A stretch of 64,000 bases of DNA from an uncultured bacterium (GCA_964527215.1 CAZGNZ010000012.1:1025-65024), one strand, 5' to 3'; shown: positions 9,496-20,667, counted from the first letter of the stretch. The notes: generated from the sequence alone by a model not told the origin. Numbers and translations: made by a program.

Positions 9496-10578
9496 TCAGG
9501 TTGATTTATCACTGAGCATTCGGGCAATGACTCCTCCTCCCAATACGATATCATCATCATAAAAAACGATGGACTGTCCCGGAGTGATGGACAGTCTGGG
9601 TTCAAAAAACGAAACCCTGAGCGGATCGGAGCTGAAATCCAGTGCTGCTTCGGAGGGCGGTGAGTTGTATCGAATCTGAGCATGTATTCTGGAAGGAATA
9701 TCGGACTGATCCACCAGCCAGTTCACATTCTCCACCGTACAGTTGTATGCAAGAAGGCTTTCCTTGGGTCCCACGAAAATTCGGTTCGTCAGCGGTTCAA
9801 TGCGGGTGACATATCTGGGCTCCGGGCGGGAGAGGCCAAGCCCCTTGCGCTGCCCGATGGTAAAATGAACATATCCTGAATGAGTGCCGACCGCTTGGCC
9901 GTTTTCGATAATTTCGCCCGGTCCGATCTGCGCCATGTCGGAACTTCGGTATTCATTCAGAAATCGCTTATAGTCATTGTCCGGAATAAAGCATATTTCC
10001 ATGCTTTCCGGCGTATCGGCAGTCGCCAGCTCCTTGCTGCGGGCCGCACTGCGTACCTGAGACTTGCTGAGATCTCCCAGCGGCAGGATGGTTTTTTTTA
10101 ATGTCTGCCTCGGAATCCCCCAAAGCACGTAGGCCTGATCCTTCAGCGGATCCAGTCCCTTTTTCAAAACCGGTGTGCCGTTGCGGGTTTCAATACGGGC
10201 ATAGTGCCCGGTTGCAATATACTCGGCGCCCAGTATCTCCGCCTGCCTGATGAAGGCTTCCCATTTTACGAATGAATTGCAGCGGACACAGGGATTGGGG
10301 GTTCGTCCCGCCAAATATTCATTGGCAAAATCATCCACAACCTGCTCTTTGAATACCTGCGTAAAATCAATGGTGTAGTGGGGGACATCCATTCGGTCGC
10401 ATACCAGCTTGGCCCCGTTGATAGACTCAGTGGAGCAGCAGTTGGTGTCAGAAACCACATTTCCGCCATAGGCATCGTAGGACCACAGCTTCATCGTGAC
10501 GCCGATGGGATCAAAGCCCATTTCGATCACCTTCAGCAGTGCAACCGAACTGTCGACGCCGCCGGACATGGCCACCAT
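9496..10578 (-). CDS. mnmA: tRNA 2-thiouridine(34) synthase MnmA
   Basis: PP-loop MVAMSGGVDSSVA. Conserved CCS..D and NPC.RCN motifs. The start is set at ATG 10578, because the longer ORF would overlap the upstream desulfurase gene. Confidence 0.9.
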   Translation of the reverse strand: MVAMSGGVDSSVALLKVIEMGFDPIGVTMKLWSYDAYGGNVVSDTNCCSTESINGAKLVCDRMDVPHYTIDFTQVFKEQVVDDFANEYLAGRTPNPCVRCNSFVKWEAFIRQAEILGAEYIATGHYARIETRNGTPVLKKGLDPLKDQAYVLWGIPRQTLKKTILPLGDLSKSQVRSAARSKELATADTPESMEICFIPDNDYKRFLNEYRSSDMAQIGPGEIIENGQAVGTHSGYVHFTIGQRKGLGLSRPEPRYVTRIEPLTNRIFVGPKESLLAYNCTVENVNWLVDQSDIPSRIHAQIRYNSPPSEAALDFSSDPLRVSFFEPRLSITPGQSIVFYDDDIVLGGGVIARMLSDKST

Positions 10579-10589
10579 GATTTTTGGCT

Positions 10590-11729
10590 TCACAGCTGAC
10601 CTCTGAATCTGCGGTGGATTTCTTTTATGCCGTCCGCAAGGCGAAAAATATCTGAATCCGTGTTTTCCCGGCCAAAAGAAATCCGAATCGAGGACTGAAC
10701 CGTTTTTTCCGGGAGTCCCAGTTCTGACAGAAGTTCGGAATGGAATCGACTGCCTGATGTGCATGCGGATCCGCCGGAGACGGCAATGCCTTTTAAATCC
10801 AGACCGATAATCATTTCCTGAGCGGGAATACCGGGGAAATGGATATTCAGGAGCCCCGGCAGTTCGTTGGCGGTATTCTGATGATGTGGGATTTCAAGTT
10901 CTTTCATTTTGTTCAGAAACAGGGACGTCAAACGGACCAGATGTTCCCTGTTTTTTTCCATTTCCGAAGATATCATGCGCACTGCGGCGGCGAATCCCGC
11001 GATGCCGGCGACATTTTCTGTGCCGGCGCGGAGCCGATGCTCCTGCGACCCGCCGTGGATGATGGGTTTCAACCCGGTTCCGGCACGGACCACAAGCGCA
11101 CCTATCCCTTTGGGACCATATACTTTGTGGGATGATATGCTCATCAAATCAATGCCTGAGGAATCGAAATGGACTGGGATTTTGCCGAGTGTCTGTACTG
11201 CATCCGCAAAAATCAGCATATCCGGATGTTTGATTTCCACAGCAAGGGAGGGGATATCCAGGACCGTTCCAAATTCATTGTGGCCCCAGGTAAAACAGAT
11301 CAGTCTGGTTTCGGGACGAATGGCATTTCGGAGGTCTGATAGTGACGGTTTGCCGTTCGAGTCCGGTTTCAGCCATGAAACGGAAACTCCGGATTTTTCA
11401 AGAAATTTCAACGGCTGGCTGAGGGATGCATGATTCACTGTGGTTGTAATGCAGTGCTGCCCCGGTTGAAGAATGCCCTTCACAGCCAGGTTATTGGATT
11501 CGGTTCCGCCGGATGTGAAAAGAACTTCACCGGGCCGGCAATGGACTGCAGCCGCAATATCCCGCCGGGCAGTTTCAACCGCGGATCTCGCTTTTTGACC
11601 CATTCGATAGGGAGAATTGGGATTCCCGTATGTATCCTTCTGGATCCGGTTCATCACACTGAGTACTTTCGGATGAAGAGGGGTGGTCGCGGCATGGTCG
11701 CAAAAAATCGTTTTCCTGAGTGAATCCAT
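10590..11729 (-). CDS. cysteine desulfurase (NifS/IscS-like, class V aminotransferase)
   Basis: PLP-lysine motif SSHKVYGPKGIGAL and active-site loop SGGSACTSGS. It lies immediately upstream of mnmA, the known YrvO-MnmA type pairing. Confidence 0.88.
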   Translation of the reverse strand: MDSLRKTIFCDHAATTPLHPKVLSVMNRIQKDTYGNPNSPYRMGQKARSAVETARRDIAAAVHCRPGEVLFTSGGTESNNLAVKGILQPGQHCITTTVNHASLSQPLKFLEKSGVSVSWLKPDSNGKPSLSDLRNAIRPETRLICFTWGHNEFGTVLDIPSLAVEIKHPDMLIFADAVQTLGKIPVHFDSSGIDLMSISSHKVYGPKGIGALVVRAGTGLKPIIHGGSQEHRLRAGTENVAGIAGFAAAVRMISSEMEKNREHLVRLTSLFLNKMKELEIPHHQNTANELPGLLNIHFPGIPAQEMIIGLDLKGIAVSGGSACTSGSRFHSELLSELGLPEKTVQSSIRISFGRENTDSDIFRLADGIKEIHRRFRGQL

Positions 11730-11899
11730 GCAATAATCTACGATTGAGACAGTGATTCAGGGAATTGAAAGGCATTCGGTCCGGATAGACGGAGTATTTC
11801 AGGTTTCCCGAGACGGTCATCAGGTCCCTGTACAAACTTATTTGAAAAAATGAATGTCGTGTCAAGAAACACTTGGCGACAGGTTACAGACAGCTCTAA

Positions 11900-11927
11900 T
11901 TTACACATACAGACATGTATGTATAAT
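11900..11927 (+). promoter_or_regulatory. candidate sigma70-type promoter with embedded palindromic operator for the TetR/efflux operon
   Basis: TTTACA (11900-11905), a 16-nt spacer, then TATAAT (11922-11927). The spacer is CATACA-GACA-TGTATG, a perfect 6-bp inverted repeat. GGAGGAG follows at 11931-11937. Confidence 0.45.
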
Positions 11928-11939
11928 TACGGAGGAGCC

Positions 11940-12557
11940 TTGAAAAGGACCAAAGAACAGGCAGAGCAAACCAAAAATCAGATACTAGATTCTGCAGTTA
12001 AGGTTTTTTCGAACAAAGGATTTAACGCCGCAAGACTTACCGATATCGCTGAATCTGCCGGAGTGACCAGGGGTGCCGTGTACTGGCATTTCAGGGACAA
12101 ATCCGAAATCTTTGAGGCGGTATCAGAGAAATTTTTTGGTGAATATCTGCAGCTCATTGAAGGAGTGGATGAAAAAAACCTCACTCCGATTCAAAAAGTG
12201 GAAGAAATCCTGTGGCAGGTGCTGGCGCGATCACAGGAAAATCAGAATATGTTCAAAATCATGAGGGCACAGGTGCTGTTTTTCGAACGAATCGGAACCA
12301 GTATCGAAGATGCTTTTCCAAATATTGATGCGATTTTGAAAAAATTGACACATCAGATACAGAAAATTATTGCGAACGGGCAGACAGCCGGCGAATTGAG
12401 AACCGATATATCACCGGCAGGCATGGCCGCGTATATACAAGCCCTCATCAAGGGTTTGTCAGATATTGCATTGGGAAAATACTTTGCTATCGATTTGATA
12501 GAAAACGCCAGACCGATGATAGGAATTCTAATCGATGGTCTCAGGAAAAAGAATTAA
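11940..12557 (+). CDS. TetR/AcrR family transcriptional regulator
   Basis: HTH region ILDSAVKVFSNKGFNAARLTDIAESAGVTRGAVYWHFRDK. An in-frame TTG at 11940 follows GGAGGAG. Alternative starts at ATG 11919 or 11850 would lie inside or upstream of the putative promoter. Confidence 0.8.
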   Translation: MKRTKEQAEQTKNQILDSAVKVFSNKGFNAARLTDIAESAGVTRGAVYWHFRDKSEIFEAVSEKFFGEYLQLIEGVDEKNLTPIQKVEEILWQVLARSQENQNMFKIMRAQVLFFERIGTSIEDAFPNIDAILKKLTHQIQKIIANGQTAGELRTDISPAGMAAYIQALIKGLSDIALGKYFAIDLIENARPMIGILIDGLRKKN

Positions 12558-12582
12558 CATTTAAACGAATACAGGAAGGATT

Positions 12583-13602
12583 ATGAAAAAGGAATTATTG
12601 ACTGGAATATTGCTGATTTTAGTGATTGGCTGTACACGAGACAACACAGACAGCAGAAGCATGGAAGAAATTTACCGGCAGGAAGGTGTGCCTGTACGGA
12701 CACAGCTGATTGAACCACAGACATTTTCTCAAAGTCTTTTCTTCAATGGCCGGTTGTCTGGTATCCGCGAATCATCCGCGTATGCATCGATTGGGGACCG
12801 GGTGGAAAAAATCATGGTAAAAGTCGGAGATCTGGTCACAAAAGATCAGGTTCTTTTGACTTTTCCGGAGGATAATCCATCTGCAAGTTTTCTGCAGGCA
12901 CGTGCCGCCTACGAGAATGCATCAGCCTCTTTTACCCGTATCAGCCGGCTGTATGAGACCGGCGGAATTTCCCGCCAGCAGTTGGATGATGCCCAGGCGG
13001 GGGTTGAAGTCGCAAAGGCAAACTGGGATGCGGTGCGACAGCTGATCAGGGTCCAGGCGCCCATTGCCGGGACCATTACCCGGGTCAATATACAGGAAAC
13101 CGATAATGTTGAGCGGGAGCAGGAATTGTTTGCCATCTCCGATTTAAGCCGGATGAAAGTCAGGATTCAGGTAACGGATAAGGAAATCTCCCGAATTCAG
13201 ACCGGTCGCAAAGCCTTTGCCCGATGGAACGGGCAGGTTCTGGAAGGCCGGGTAACCCAGGTGGACTTAAGTCAGAATCCCAGACAGCAGTCATTTGGCG
13301 TGGTGGCGGTGTTTGATAATCCAAACGAAGCGATCCCTGCCGGTGCAACCGCCGAGATTGAAATCGAAGTGTACAGCAGCTCAGGTTCCATCGTGATCGG
13401 GATTCAGCATATGCAGAGGTCGCTTGAAGGCGATCACGTTTATGTTCTGCAGGATGGAAAAGCTGTCCTGCAGCCAGTGACACTCGGGAACCGTCAGAAC
13501 AATCTCATAGAAATTGCTGACGGACTTCAGATTGGACAGGAACTGATTACAGAAGGGCTGAATCTGATCACGCCCAACGTTAAAGTAAAAGTGGTTGATT
13601 AG
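12583..13602 (+). CDS. efflux RND transporter periplasmic adaptor subunit (MFP/HlyD family)
   Basis: Lipoprotein-like N-terminus (LILVIGC). Coiled-coil hairpin and barrel-sandwich pattern (APIAGTITRVNIQETD). Lies between the TetR and RND pump genes. Confidence 0.85.
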   Translation: MKKELLTGILLILVIGCTRDNTDSRSMEEIYRQEGVPVRTQLIEPQTFSQSLFFNGRLSGIRESSAYASIGDRVEKIMVKVGDLVTKDQVLLTFPEDNPSASFLQARAAYENASASFTRISRLYETGGISRQQLDDAQAGVEVAKANWDAVRQLIRVQAPIAGTITRVNIQETDNVEREQELFAISDLSRMKVRIQVTDKEISRIQTGRKAFARWNGQVLEGRVTQVDLSQNPRQQSFGVVAVFDNPNEAIPAGATAEIEIEVYSSSGSIVIGIQHMQRSLEGDHVYVLQDGKAVLQPVTLGNRQNNLIEIADGLQIGQELITEGLNLITPNVKVKVVD

Positions 13603-13610
13603 GAGCATTT

Positions 13611-16600
13611 ATGTCATTGGCCGGATTATCAATCAAGCGTCCCATCATGATCAGTATGCTGCTGGTCGTATTCCTCCTTTTTGGCGGTCTCTCTTACTTT
13701 GCCTTAACCCTGAATCTCGTACCCCAGATGGATCTTGGCTTTGTGACTATCCAGACAATTTACAAGGGTGCCAGTCCGGAAGAAATTGAATCCCAGGTCA
13801 CCAAACGTCTGGAAGATGCCGTTGCAACAGTCAGCATGATCGATAAAATTGAATCCTATTCAATGGAAAGCGTTTCATTTGTGATCATCCAGTTTGAACT
13901 GGGTAAAGATCCCGATATTGCCAACCAGGAAGTCAAGGACAAGGTAAACGCCATACTGAACGATCTGCCTGATGAGGCAGATATACCCATTGTTGAGAAA
14001 TTTGAATTCGGTTCCCACGCAATCATTGATGTCATTCTCTCCGGCCCCGTTGGTCCCAGGGAATTGTATGACATTGCGGATAAAACAGTCAGCGACCGAC
14101 TGGCACAGGTAAAGGGAGTTGCCAGGGTTACGGCTGCAGGCGGTGAGGAACGTGAAATTCAGGTTGCACTGGATAACCGGACGGTTTTCCAGCATGCACT
14201 GAATCTGGTTCAGCTGAACCAGGTGCTGGCAGCCTGGAACATGGATATGCCAGGCGGAAATTTTGCTCGGGAAGGTCGGGAATATGCCGTCCGAGTTGAA
14301 GGCGAGTTCAATACGGTTGAACAGCTGGAAAAACTGGAAATTCCCACCGCCTACGGCAGTAAAACCCTGGGCTCGATTGCCGATGTCAGGGATACATCCG
14401 CTGAAGTCCGTAAACGGTCAATCTTTTTTGAACGGGAGAAGGGAATCCGGCAGGAAGATATTGTGCTGCTGAGCATTTTTAAAAGTTCTGACGGGAATAC
14501 GGTGGAAATGGCCAAAGGAATTCATGAATTGCTGCCTGAGCTTGAAGCTTCCCTGCCTTCCGGCTGCCGGCTGAGTCTGGCCCGTGACAGTTCTATCTTC
14601 ATTGAATCATCGGTGAGGGATACGCTCAGCAATATTTTTCTCGGCATACTTCTGACGGGTTTGGTGCTGCTGTTTTTCCTACACGATTTGAGATCGACCA
14701 TCATTGTTTCCATGGCAATGCCGATGTCCATCATTTCAACATTCCTGCTGCTGGACGTTTCAGGATTTTCACTGAATCTGATGAGTCTCATGGGCCTCTC
14801 GACGTCGGTGGGTATTCTTGTGGTCAACTCAGTGGTTGTACTTGAAAATATTTTCAGACACAAAGGACTGGGAGAAGGCCGAAAATCTGCTGCGGAAAAG
14901 GGGACGTCTGAAATAGCCCTGGCCGTGATTGCCAGCACGATGACCAACATTGTGGTGTTTCTGCCGATTGCATTCATGTCCAGCATGATAGGTCAGTTTT
15001 TCAGGGAATTTGCATTGACTGTCACCTATGCCACCATGTTTTCGCTCCTGATTTCCTTTACTCTCACACCCATGATGGCCTCACTGATACTGCCGGAAAC
15101 GGATCGCAAGAAACACCGAATTGGTGATATCCTGGAAAAAATGTTCCGGCATTGGGAGCAGACGTACAAAAACCTTCTCAGGCATCTTATCGGCAGCCGA
15201 GTGCGAAGCAGTTTGGTTGTCGTGGCCGCCGTAGGCTTGTTCATTCTCAGTATTTTTCAGGTATTTCCAAGGGTGGGTTTCGAGTTCATGCCGCAGCTGG
15301 ATGAGGGAGATCTGAACATCGAAATCGAACTGCCGCAGGGAACAGATCTCAATGAAACTGCACGCCTGGTTGAACGGGTCGAGCAGCGGGCAGTCAAATA
15401 TCCGGAAGTAAAGCACATCATTACGACTCTGGGTCAGTTCAGCGAACTGGATATCGGGCCCAATCTCGCGAAGATTGCCGTAAAACTGGTTGACTCGGAT
15501 CTAAGGCAGAGATCAACCATGGAGGTGTCAAATGCCCTGATAGAAGATTTGTCGGACATCCCTAATGCCGTTCTTCGGGTGGCATCGATCAATTCGATCG
15601 GCAGCGGTGAAGCCCCCGTAAACCTCGCCGTCAAGGGACCTGAAATGGATCTGCTGGAGTATTACAAGGATCAAATCCTGGAGCGAATTCGAAATGTGGA
15701 CGGACTTATCAATCTGAATACCAGTTCTCGAACGGGTCAGCCGGAAATCCTGATTCATCCTGACCGTAAAAAACTGGCGGACGCAGGTTTTACCGTGATG
15801 GATCTTGGAATGACGGTCCGGACCGCTCTCGAGGGAATGGTTTTCACCTATTTCAAGGATGACGGAGAAGAATACAATATTCGTGTTCTTCTGGAGGATA
15901 CTTCTGTGGATTCACCGGAGGAAATCGACAATCTGACAATCGTTGGCCCGCGCGGCATTTTCAGACTTGCCCAGCTGGCGGACCTTGAATTATCCACCGG
16001 AAGCAGCAAGATCATCCATGATGACAAGGAAAAATCCATACGAATCACCGGCCATACCAGTCCGGGCGTCCCCCTGGGAGATATCGTGAATGATATCAAT
16101 TCCCTTGTTGCAGATCTGGATATGGAAGAAGGCTATCATATCACCTGGGGCGGAGATGCAGAAATGATGGCAGAGACGGCCACGGATATGCTGCGGACTT
16201 TTGTGATCGCTGTGATTTTGACGTACATGCTGCTCGCAGCAATACTGGAAAGTCTGACGCAGCCGCTGATGATTCTTCTCACCGTTCCGCTGGCGCTGAT
16301 CGGTGCGTTCGGAGGATTATGGGTCACCGGGAAAACGATGAACACCATCTCAATGATGTCGATAATTATGCTTTTGGGAATTGTGGTGAATAATGCCATC
16401 CTGCTCCTGGATTATACCAACCAGCTGCGCAGGCAGGGGATGGGTGTGACTGATGCACTGCTGGAAGCCTGTCCCACAAAGCTCAAGCCAATCCTGATGT
16501 CGTCCATTGCCATTATTCTGGGAATGATGCCGATGGCTCTGGGGATGGGATCCGCAGGGCGTGAATTCCGGCAGCCGATGGCGATTGTCAGTATCGGCGG

Positions 16601-16694
16601 ACTGGTGATTTCCACCGTTCTGGCATTGATCGTAATCCCGGCGATATACCATTTGACCAGTATCCGCAAGAAACCCAAACCGGAGACGAAATAA
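13611..16694 (+). CDS. efflux RND transporter permease subunit (AcrB/HAE1-like)
   Basis: 1027 aa. Two pseudo-repeats, each with a large periplasmic loop plus TM bundles. Typical N-terminus SIKRPIMISMLLVVFLLFG. Confidence 0.92.
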   Translation: MSLAGLSIKRPIMISMLLVVFLLFGGLSYFALTLNLVPQMDLGFVTIQTIYKGASPEEIESQVTKRLEDAVATVSMIDKIESYSMESVSFVIIQFELGKDPDIANQEVKDKVNAILNDLPDEADIPIVEKFEFGSHAIIDVILSGPVGPRELYDIADKTVSDRLAQVKGVARVTAAGGEEREIQVALDNRTVFQHALNLVQLNQVLAAWNMDMPGGNFAREGREYAVRVEGEFNTVEQLEKLEIPTAYGSKTLGSIADVRDTSAEVRKRSIFFEREKGIRQEDIVLLSIFKSSDGNTVEMAKGIHELLPELEASLPSGCRLSLARDSSIFIESSVRDTLSNIFLGILLTGLVLLFFLHDLRSTIIVSMAMPMSIISTFLLLDVSGFSLNLMSLMGLSTSVGILVVNSVVVLENIFRHKGLGEGRKSAAEKGTSEIALAVIASTMTNIVVFLPIAFMSSMIGQFFREFALTVTYATMFSLLISFTLTPMMASLILPETDRKKHRIGDILEKMFRHWEQTYKNLLRHLIGSRVRSSLVVVAAVGLFILSIFQVFPRVGFEFMPQLDEGDLNIEIELPQGTDLNETARLVERVEQRAVKYPEVKHIITTLGQFSELDIGPNLAKIAVKLVDSDLRQRSTMEVSNALIEDLSDIPNAVLRVASINSIGSGEAPVNLAVKGPEMDLLEYYKDQILERIRNVDGLINLNTSSRTGQPEILIHPDRKKLADAGFTVMDLGMTVRTALEGMVFTYFKDDGEEYNIRVLLEDTSVDSPEEIDNLTIVGPRGIFRLAQLADLELSTGSSKIIHDDKEKSIRITGHTSPGVPLGDIVNDINSLVADLDMEEGYHITWGGDAEMMAETATDMLRTFVIAVILTYMLLAAILESLTQPLMILLTVPLALIGAFGGLWVTGKTMNTISMMSIIMLLGIVVNNAILLLDYTNQLRRQGMGVTDALLEACPTKLKPILMSSIAIILGMMPMALGMGSAGREFRQPMAIVSIGGLVISTVLALIVIPAIYHLTSIRKKPKPETK

Positions 16695-18004
16695 TGCGAA
16701 AATTCCTAATTATCTTAATGATTCTGACGGGTCTTTCGAATGCTGCAGAATTCACGGAAACAGGATTTCTGAAGTATGTACTGGAAAACAATCTGGATCT
16801 GGAAATTGCGCGGCAGGATCTAAAGCTGTCGAAAAACCAGCAGAACGAAGCCCGGTCAACAGCGCTTCCGAAAGTCATTTTCGAAGGCAGCTATACCCGC
16901 AATCTGAATATACCCAATATGTATTTCGATCCGGAATTCGGAGCAATGCTGGGAGATACCAGCGGGAATCCCGTAAAAGTGCCAATGGGAAAGAAGAACG
17001 ACTACGGCGTGAACGCGGTGATCAGCCAGCCGCTTTTTGATGCAAATGCATTTTACGCCCGTAGGGCAGCCAGAGAGTACACCGATCTCTCGAGAAACCT
17101 GTTTATTGCAGTTGAGCAGACGGTGGTCGCCTATGCCAGGAAAGCGTTTTATCAAACACTGCTGGCACAGAAAGTATGGGAAGTGTCTCAGCAGACAGCT
17201 CAGAATGCCCATCAGAATTTTATTCAGATGCAGGATAAGTACGCCCAGGGGCTGGTTTCCGAGTTTGAGCTGCTCCAGGCGGAACTGCGATGGAAAAATC
17301 AAATTCCCCAGGTCTCCAAGGATCAGCGGAATTATGAACTGGCGTTGAATTATCTGATGAAAATGGGAAATATCCAGGATGAAGAGTTCAGCATCACCGG
17401 CGGCTTTGAACAGTATCCGCCAATTCCCGAAAAACCGGGTCTGGATACCGTTCTGAAAAACCGCCCTGATTTTCAGGCTCAGATCAAGGAGGAGCAGCTG
17501 CGCGGAACCAATCTGAAATCTAAAACTGCAGCATTCCTGCCCTCACTTTCGATGAATGCCGTCTGGAGCTTTTCAGGCAGTTCTGACGAGTTCGTGATCG
17601 ATAACGACAACAATCTGAAAATGGTTGGACTGAATCTGTCCTGGCCCATCTGGCTTGGCGGATATAATCAGGCACAGGTCAGCAAAGCCCGGATTGAACT
17701 GAGGAAATCCGGCATGCGGGCCCTTCAGACCCGGCAGGATATTCAGATAGATATTGATAACATCTATTTACGACTGGCAGAATCCAGGAATCGGATTGAA
17801 GCTGCGGAACAGACGCTGGACACCGCTCAAAAGGCGTTTCAAATTGCTGAATCAAGCGCAGAAACCGGATTGGCAACTCAATTGGAGCTTCGGGAAGCAC
17901 GGACCAGCTTTGATCAGGCCCAGTTGAATTTCTACGGTGCGGTATACGATTATCTGGATGCATGGTTTGACTGGGAACTGGCAACCGGTAACGGAATGCC
18001 GTAG
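16694..18004 (+). CDS. TolC family outer-membrane efflux protein
   Basis: Signal peptide and duplicated coiled-coil/beta pattern. The start overlaps the RND stop (TAATG). Confidence 0.85.
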   Translation: MRKFLIILMILTGLSNAAEFTETGFLKYVLENNLDLEIARQDLKLSKNQQNEARSTALPKVIFEGSYTRNLNIPNMYFDPEFGAMLGDTSGNPVKVPMGKKNDYGVNAVISQPLFDANAFYARRAAREYTDLSRNLFIAVEQTVVAYARKAFYQTLLAQKVWEVSQQTAQNAHQNFIQMQDKYAQGLVSEFELLQAELRWKNQIPQVSKDQRNYELALNYLMKMGNIQDEEFSITGGFEQYPPIPEKPGLDTVLKNRPDFQAQIKEEQLRGTNLKSKTAAFLPSLSMNAVWSFSGSSDEFVIDNDNNLKMVGLNLSWPIWLGGYNQAQVSKARIELRKSGMRALQTRQDIQIDIDNIYLRLAESRNRIEAAEQTLDTAQKAFQIAESSAETGLATQLELREARTSFDQAQLNFYGAVYDYLDAWFDWELATGNGMP

Positions 18005-18377
18005 CCATAATCGATGATGAATATGAAATTCGCGGTCATAATTTTTGCCCTTTGATACGGAAGGCTGCGGGGTGACTTGTCTTTGAAAAAAATGACTTGA
18101 TTCCGTTTCCGCTGCCCCGCTGTCGTCCGCCCTTCGTATTGCGGTTTAATCCGCAGGTCGAAACTCGTAAAAACATTGAAAACCGAGCCGCCGCCCCGGG
18201 GGAAATAGTTTTCAGGTCGCGAAGAATTCCGTAATTTTTATACGGGTTTTACTATTGTATCCTGTACATATTCAATGTGAATTTTTGATTTAAGGATGAC
18301 CCGGTTTGAAGCCGGATGTCTGGTTTTTTGATCAGCCCCTGATCATCCTGTATCGATTTTAAATCAACGGAGTCCTT

Positions 18378-20600
18378 TTGAAAAATTATCCGGAAGTTAA
18401 TAATGATGCGGTCCGGGAACACGGCCTGTCAACAGAAGAATATGAAAAAATAAAGAGTATTCTGGGAAGAACGCCTACGTTTGTGGAACTGGGTATTTTT
18501 TCCGTAATGTGGAGCGAGCACTGCTCCTACAAGAGTTCCATCAAAGTTCTTAAAACTCTGCCCCGGTCCGGCGGTCGGCTTCTGGTTGAGGCGGGTGAGG
18601 AGAATGCCGGACTTGTGGATCTCGGGGATGATCTGGCAACCGCGTTCAAGATTGAATCTCACAATCATCCATCCGCCGTCGAACCCTATCAGGGTGCAGC
18701 AACCGGTGTGGGCGGAATCATGCGCGATATTTTCACCATGGGGGCCAGACCCATTGCATCAATGAATTCACTGAGGTTCGGATCCCTGGATATCAACCGG
18801 AACCGGTTTCTGCTGGAACATGTGGTAGAGGGAATTGCCGACTACGGCAACTGCCTTGGGATTCCCACCGTGGGCGGCGAAGTGATTATTGAAGACTGTT
18901 ATACCGGCAACTGTCTGGTCAATGCGTTCAGTCTGGGAGTTGTAAAGACAAACAACGTTATCAGTGCGGTGGCCAGGGGAACGAATAATCCGGTGTTTAT
19001 CGTTGGTGCAAAAACCGGTCGGGACGGGATTCACGGAGCGACTTTTGCCTCTGTTGAGCTGTCGGAAGAGTCCGAGTCCAGAAAATCCAATGTGCAGGTG
19101 GGCGATCCCTTTACAGAAAAACTGCTTCTTGAAGCCTCACTGGAACTGGCACCGAAACCCTGGCTGGTCGGCATGCAGGATATGGGAGCGGCAGGCATAA
19201 CCTGTTCGTCTTCAGAAATGTCAGCCAAAGGTGAATGCGGGATAACCATTGACATCGACAAGGTGCCGAGGCGGGAACCCGGCATGAACACCTACGAGGT
19301 GATGCTGTCTGAATCCCAGGAACGGATGCTGGTTGTGGTTCAGCGCGGGTTTGAAACGGAACTGGCAAAGATTTTTAAAAAATGGGATCTGGACTGTACA
19401 AAAATCGGTTTTGTGAATGATACGGGAATGCTGACAGTGCTTGAATCGGGTGAGACGGTGTGTGAAATACCGTCGTTTGAACTGGTTCTCGGCGGCGGTG
19501 CCCCGCAGTACGACATGCCGGCTTCCGAACCCTCCTACCTGAATGAGGTGAATGACCTGCAGGTGGAACTGCTTCCGGAACCGGAAGATTTCAATGAAAC
19601 CCTTCTCACACTTCTCAAATCCCCGAATATCACCAGCAAACACTGGGTGTACAACCAGTACGACAGTACTGTACGGACCAATACGATGATGGGTCCCGGC
19701 AGTGATGCGGCCGTTGTCAGACTGAAGGGCACCCGCAAAGCACTTGCCATGTGCACGGATGGAAACGGACGGTATGTCTATCTGAACCCCAGGGTCGGCG
19801 GACAGATTGCCGTGGCGGAAGCAGCACGAAACGTCGTCTGTACCGGAGGGGAACCGCTGGCAATCACCAACTGCCTGAATTTCGGCAACCCACAGGATCC
19901 GGAAATCTACTGGCAGTTCAGGGAAGCAGTTACCGGTATGGGTGAGGTCTGCCGGGCTTTGAACACCCCCGTCACCGGTGGAAATGTCAGTTTTTATAAT
20001 GAAAATGTTGACAGTGCCGTTTATCCCACACCTGTCATCGGCATGGTCGGAATTCTCGATGATCTGGATCAAATGACGACCCCGGACTTCAAGGATCCGG
20101 ATGATTTCATCGTGGTCATCGGATCTCTGAACGGTCAGCTGGGCGGATCGGAATACCTGAAAACCATACTCAACCGGGTAGAGGGTCCCATCCCGCAGAT
20201 GAATATTGAATTTGAAATGCGAGTGCAGGAAGTCTGTCTGGAAAGCATCAAGAAGAACATCATCAAATCCGCCCATGATATTTCCGACGGCGGCCTGGCG
20301 GTCAATATTGCCGAAAGCCTCATCAGTGCGCGGGAGGGGATTGGCGCGCGCCTTGATTTTGCCCGAAAACTCAGAAACGATGAACTGGTTTTCGGTGAAT
20401 GTCAAAGTGCCATCATCGTCACACTGTGTGAAGAGGACCTGATAAATCTGGTAATTATTGCTCAGGAGTTTGACGTGCCGACGCAGACCATCGGACGCGT
20501 CACGGAGACCGGGCGGCTGGTGATCAATAATCTTATTGATATTGATCGATCAGAGCTGGATACCGCCTATCACACCACCCTTTCCGGTATAATGGAGTAA
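18378..20600 (+). CDS. purL: phosphoribosylformylglycinamidine synthase subunit PurL
   Basis: 740 aa. Motifs [33 protein letters not shown] and the duplicated PurM-like fold are typical of small-type PurL. Confidence 0.93.
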   Translation: MKNYPEVNNDAVREHGLSTEEYEKIKSILGRTPTFVELGIFSVMWSEHCSYKSSIKVLKTLPRSGGRLLVEAGEENAGLVDLGDDLATAFKIESHNHPSAVEPYQGAATGVGGIMRDIFTMGARPIASMNSLRFGSLDINRNRFLLEHVVEGIADYGNCLGIPTVGGEVIIEDCYTGNCLVNAFSLGVVKTNNVISAVARGTNNPVFIVGAKTGRDGIHGATFASVELSEESESRKSNVQVGDPFTEKLLLEASLELAPKPWLVGMQDMGAAGITCSSSEMSAKGECGITIDIDKVPRREPGMNTYEVMLSESQERMLVVVQRGFETELAKIFKKWDLDCTKIGFVNDTGMLTVLESGETVCEIPSFELVLGGGAPQYDMPASEPSYLNEVNDLQVELLPEPEDFNETLLTLLKSPNITSKHWVYNQYDSTVRTNTMMGPGSDAAVVRLKGTRKALAMCTDGNGRYVYLNPRVGGQIAVAEAARNVVCTGGEPLAITNCLNFGNPQDPEIYWQFREAVTGMGEVCRALNTPVTGGNVSFYNENVDSAVYPTPVIGMVGILDDLDQMTTPDFKDPDDFIVVIGSLNGQLGGSEYLKTILNRVEGPIPQMNIEFEMRVQEVCLESIKKNIIKSAHDISDGGLAVNIAESLISAREGIGARLDFARKLRNDELVFGECQSAIIVTLCEEDLINLVIIAQEFDVPTQTIGRVTETGRLVINNLIDIDRSELDTAYHTTLSGIME

Positions 20601-20667
20601 CCGAATAGTCAAAGCCGTCTTTTTTTCCCGAATTGGGAACGGCGTGTCAGGCTGACCATCCTACAGA

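Noticed and set aside
18005-18377. Possible purine, ZTP or PRPP riboswitch upstream of purL
   Set aside because: I could not find the conserved cores as I remember them (for example the ZTP CCGCCUGGGC pseudoknot segment or the purine-riboswitch junction). The GC-rich part resembles the dispersed repeat instead. An Rfam scan is needed to be sure.
19221-20405. 394-aa ORF antisense to purL
   Set aside because: It lies entirely inside the well-supported purL frame. Its translation is Arg/His/Gly-rich and low in complexity, without motifs, which is typical of an antisense shadow ORF.
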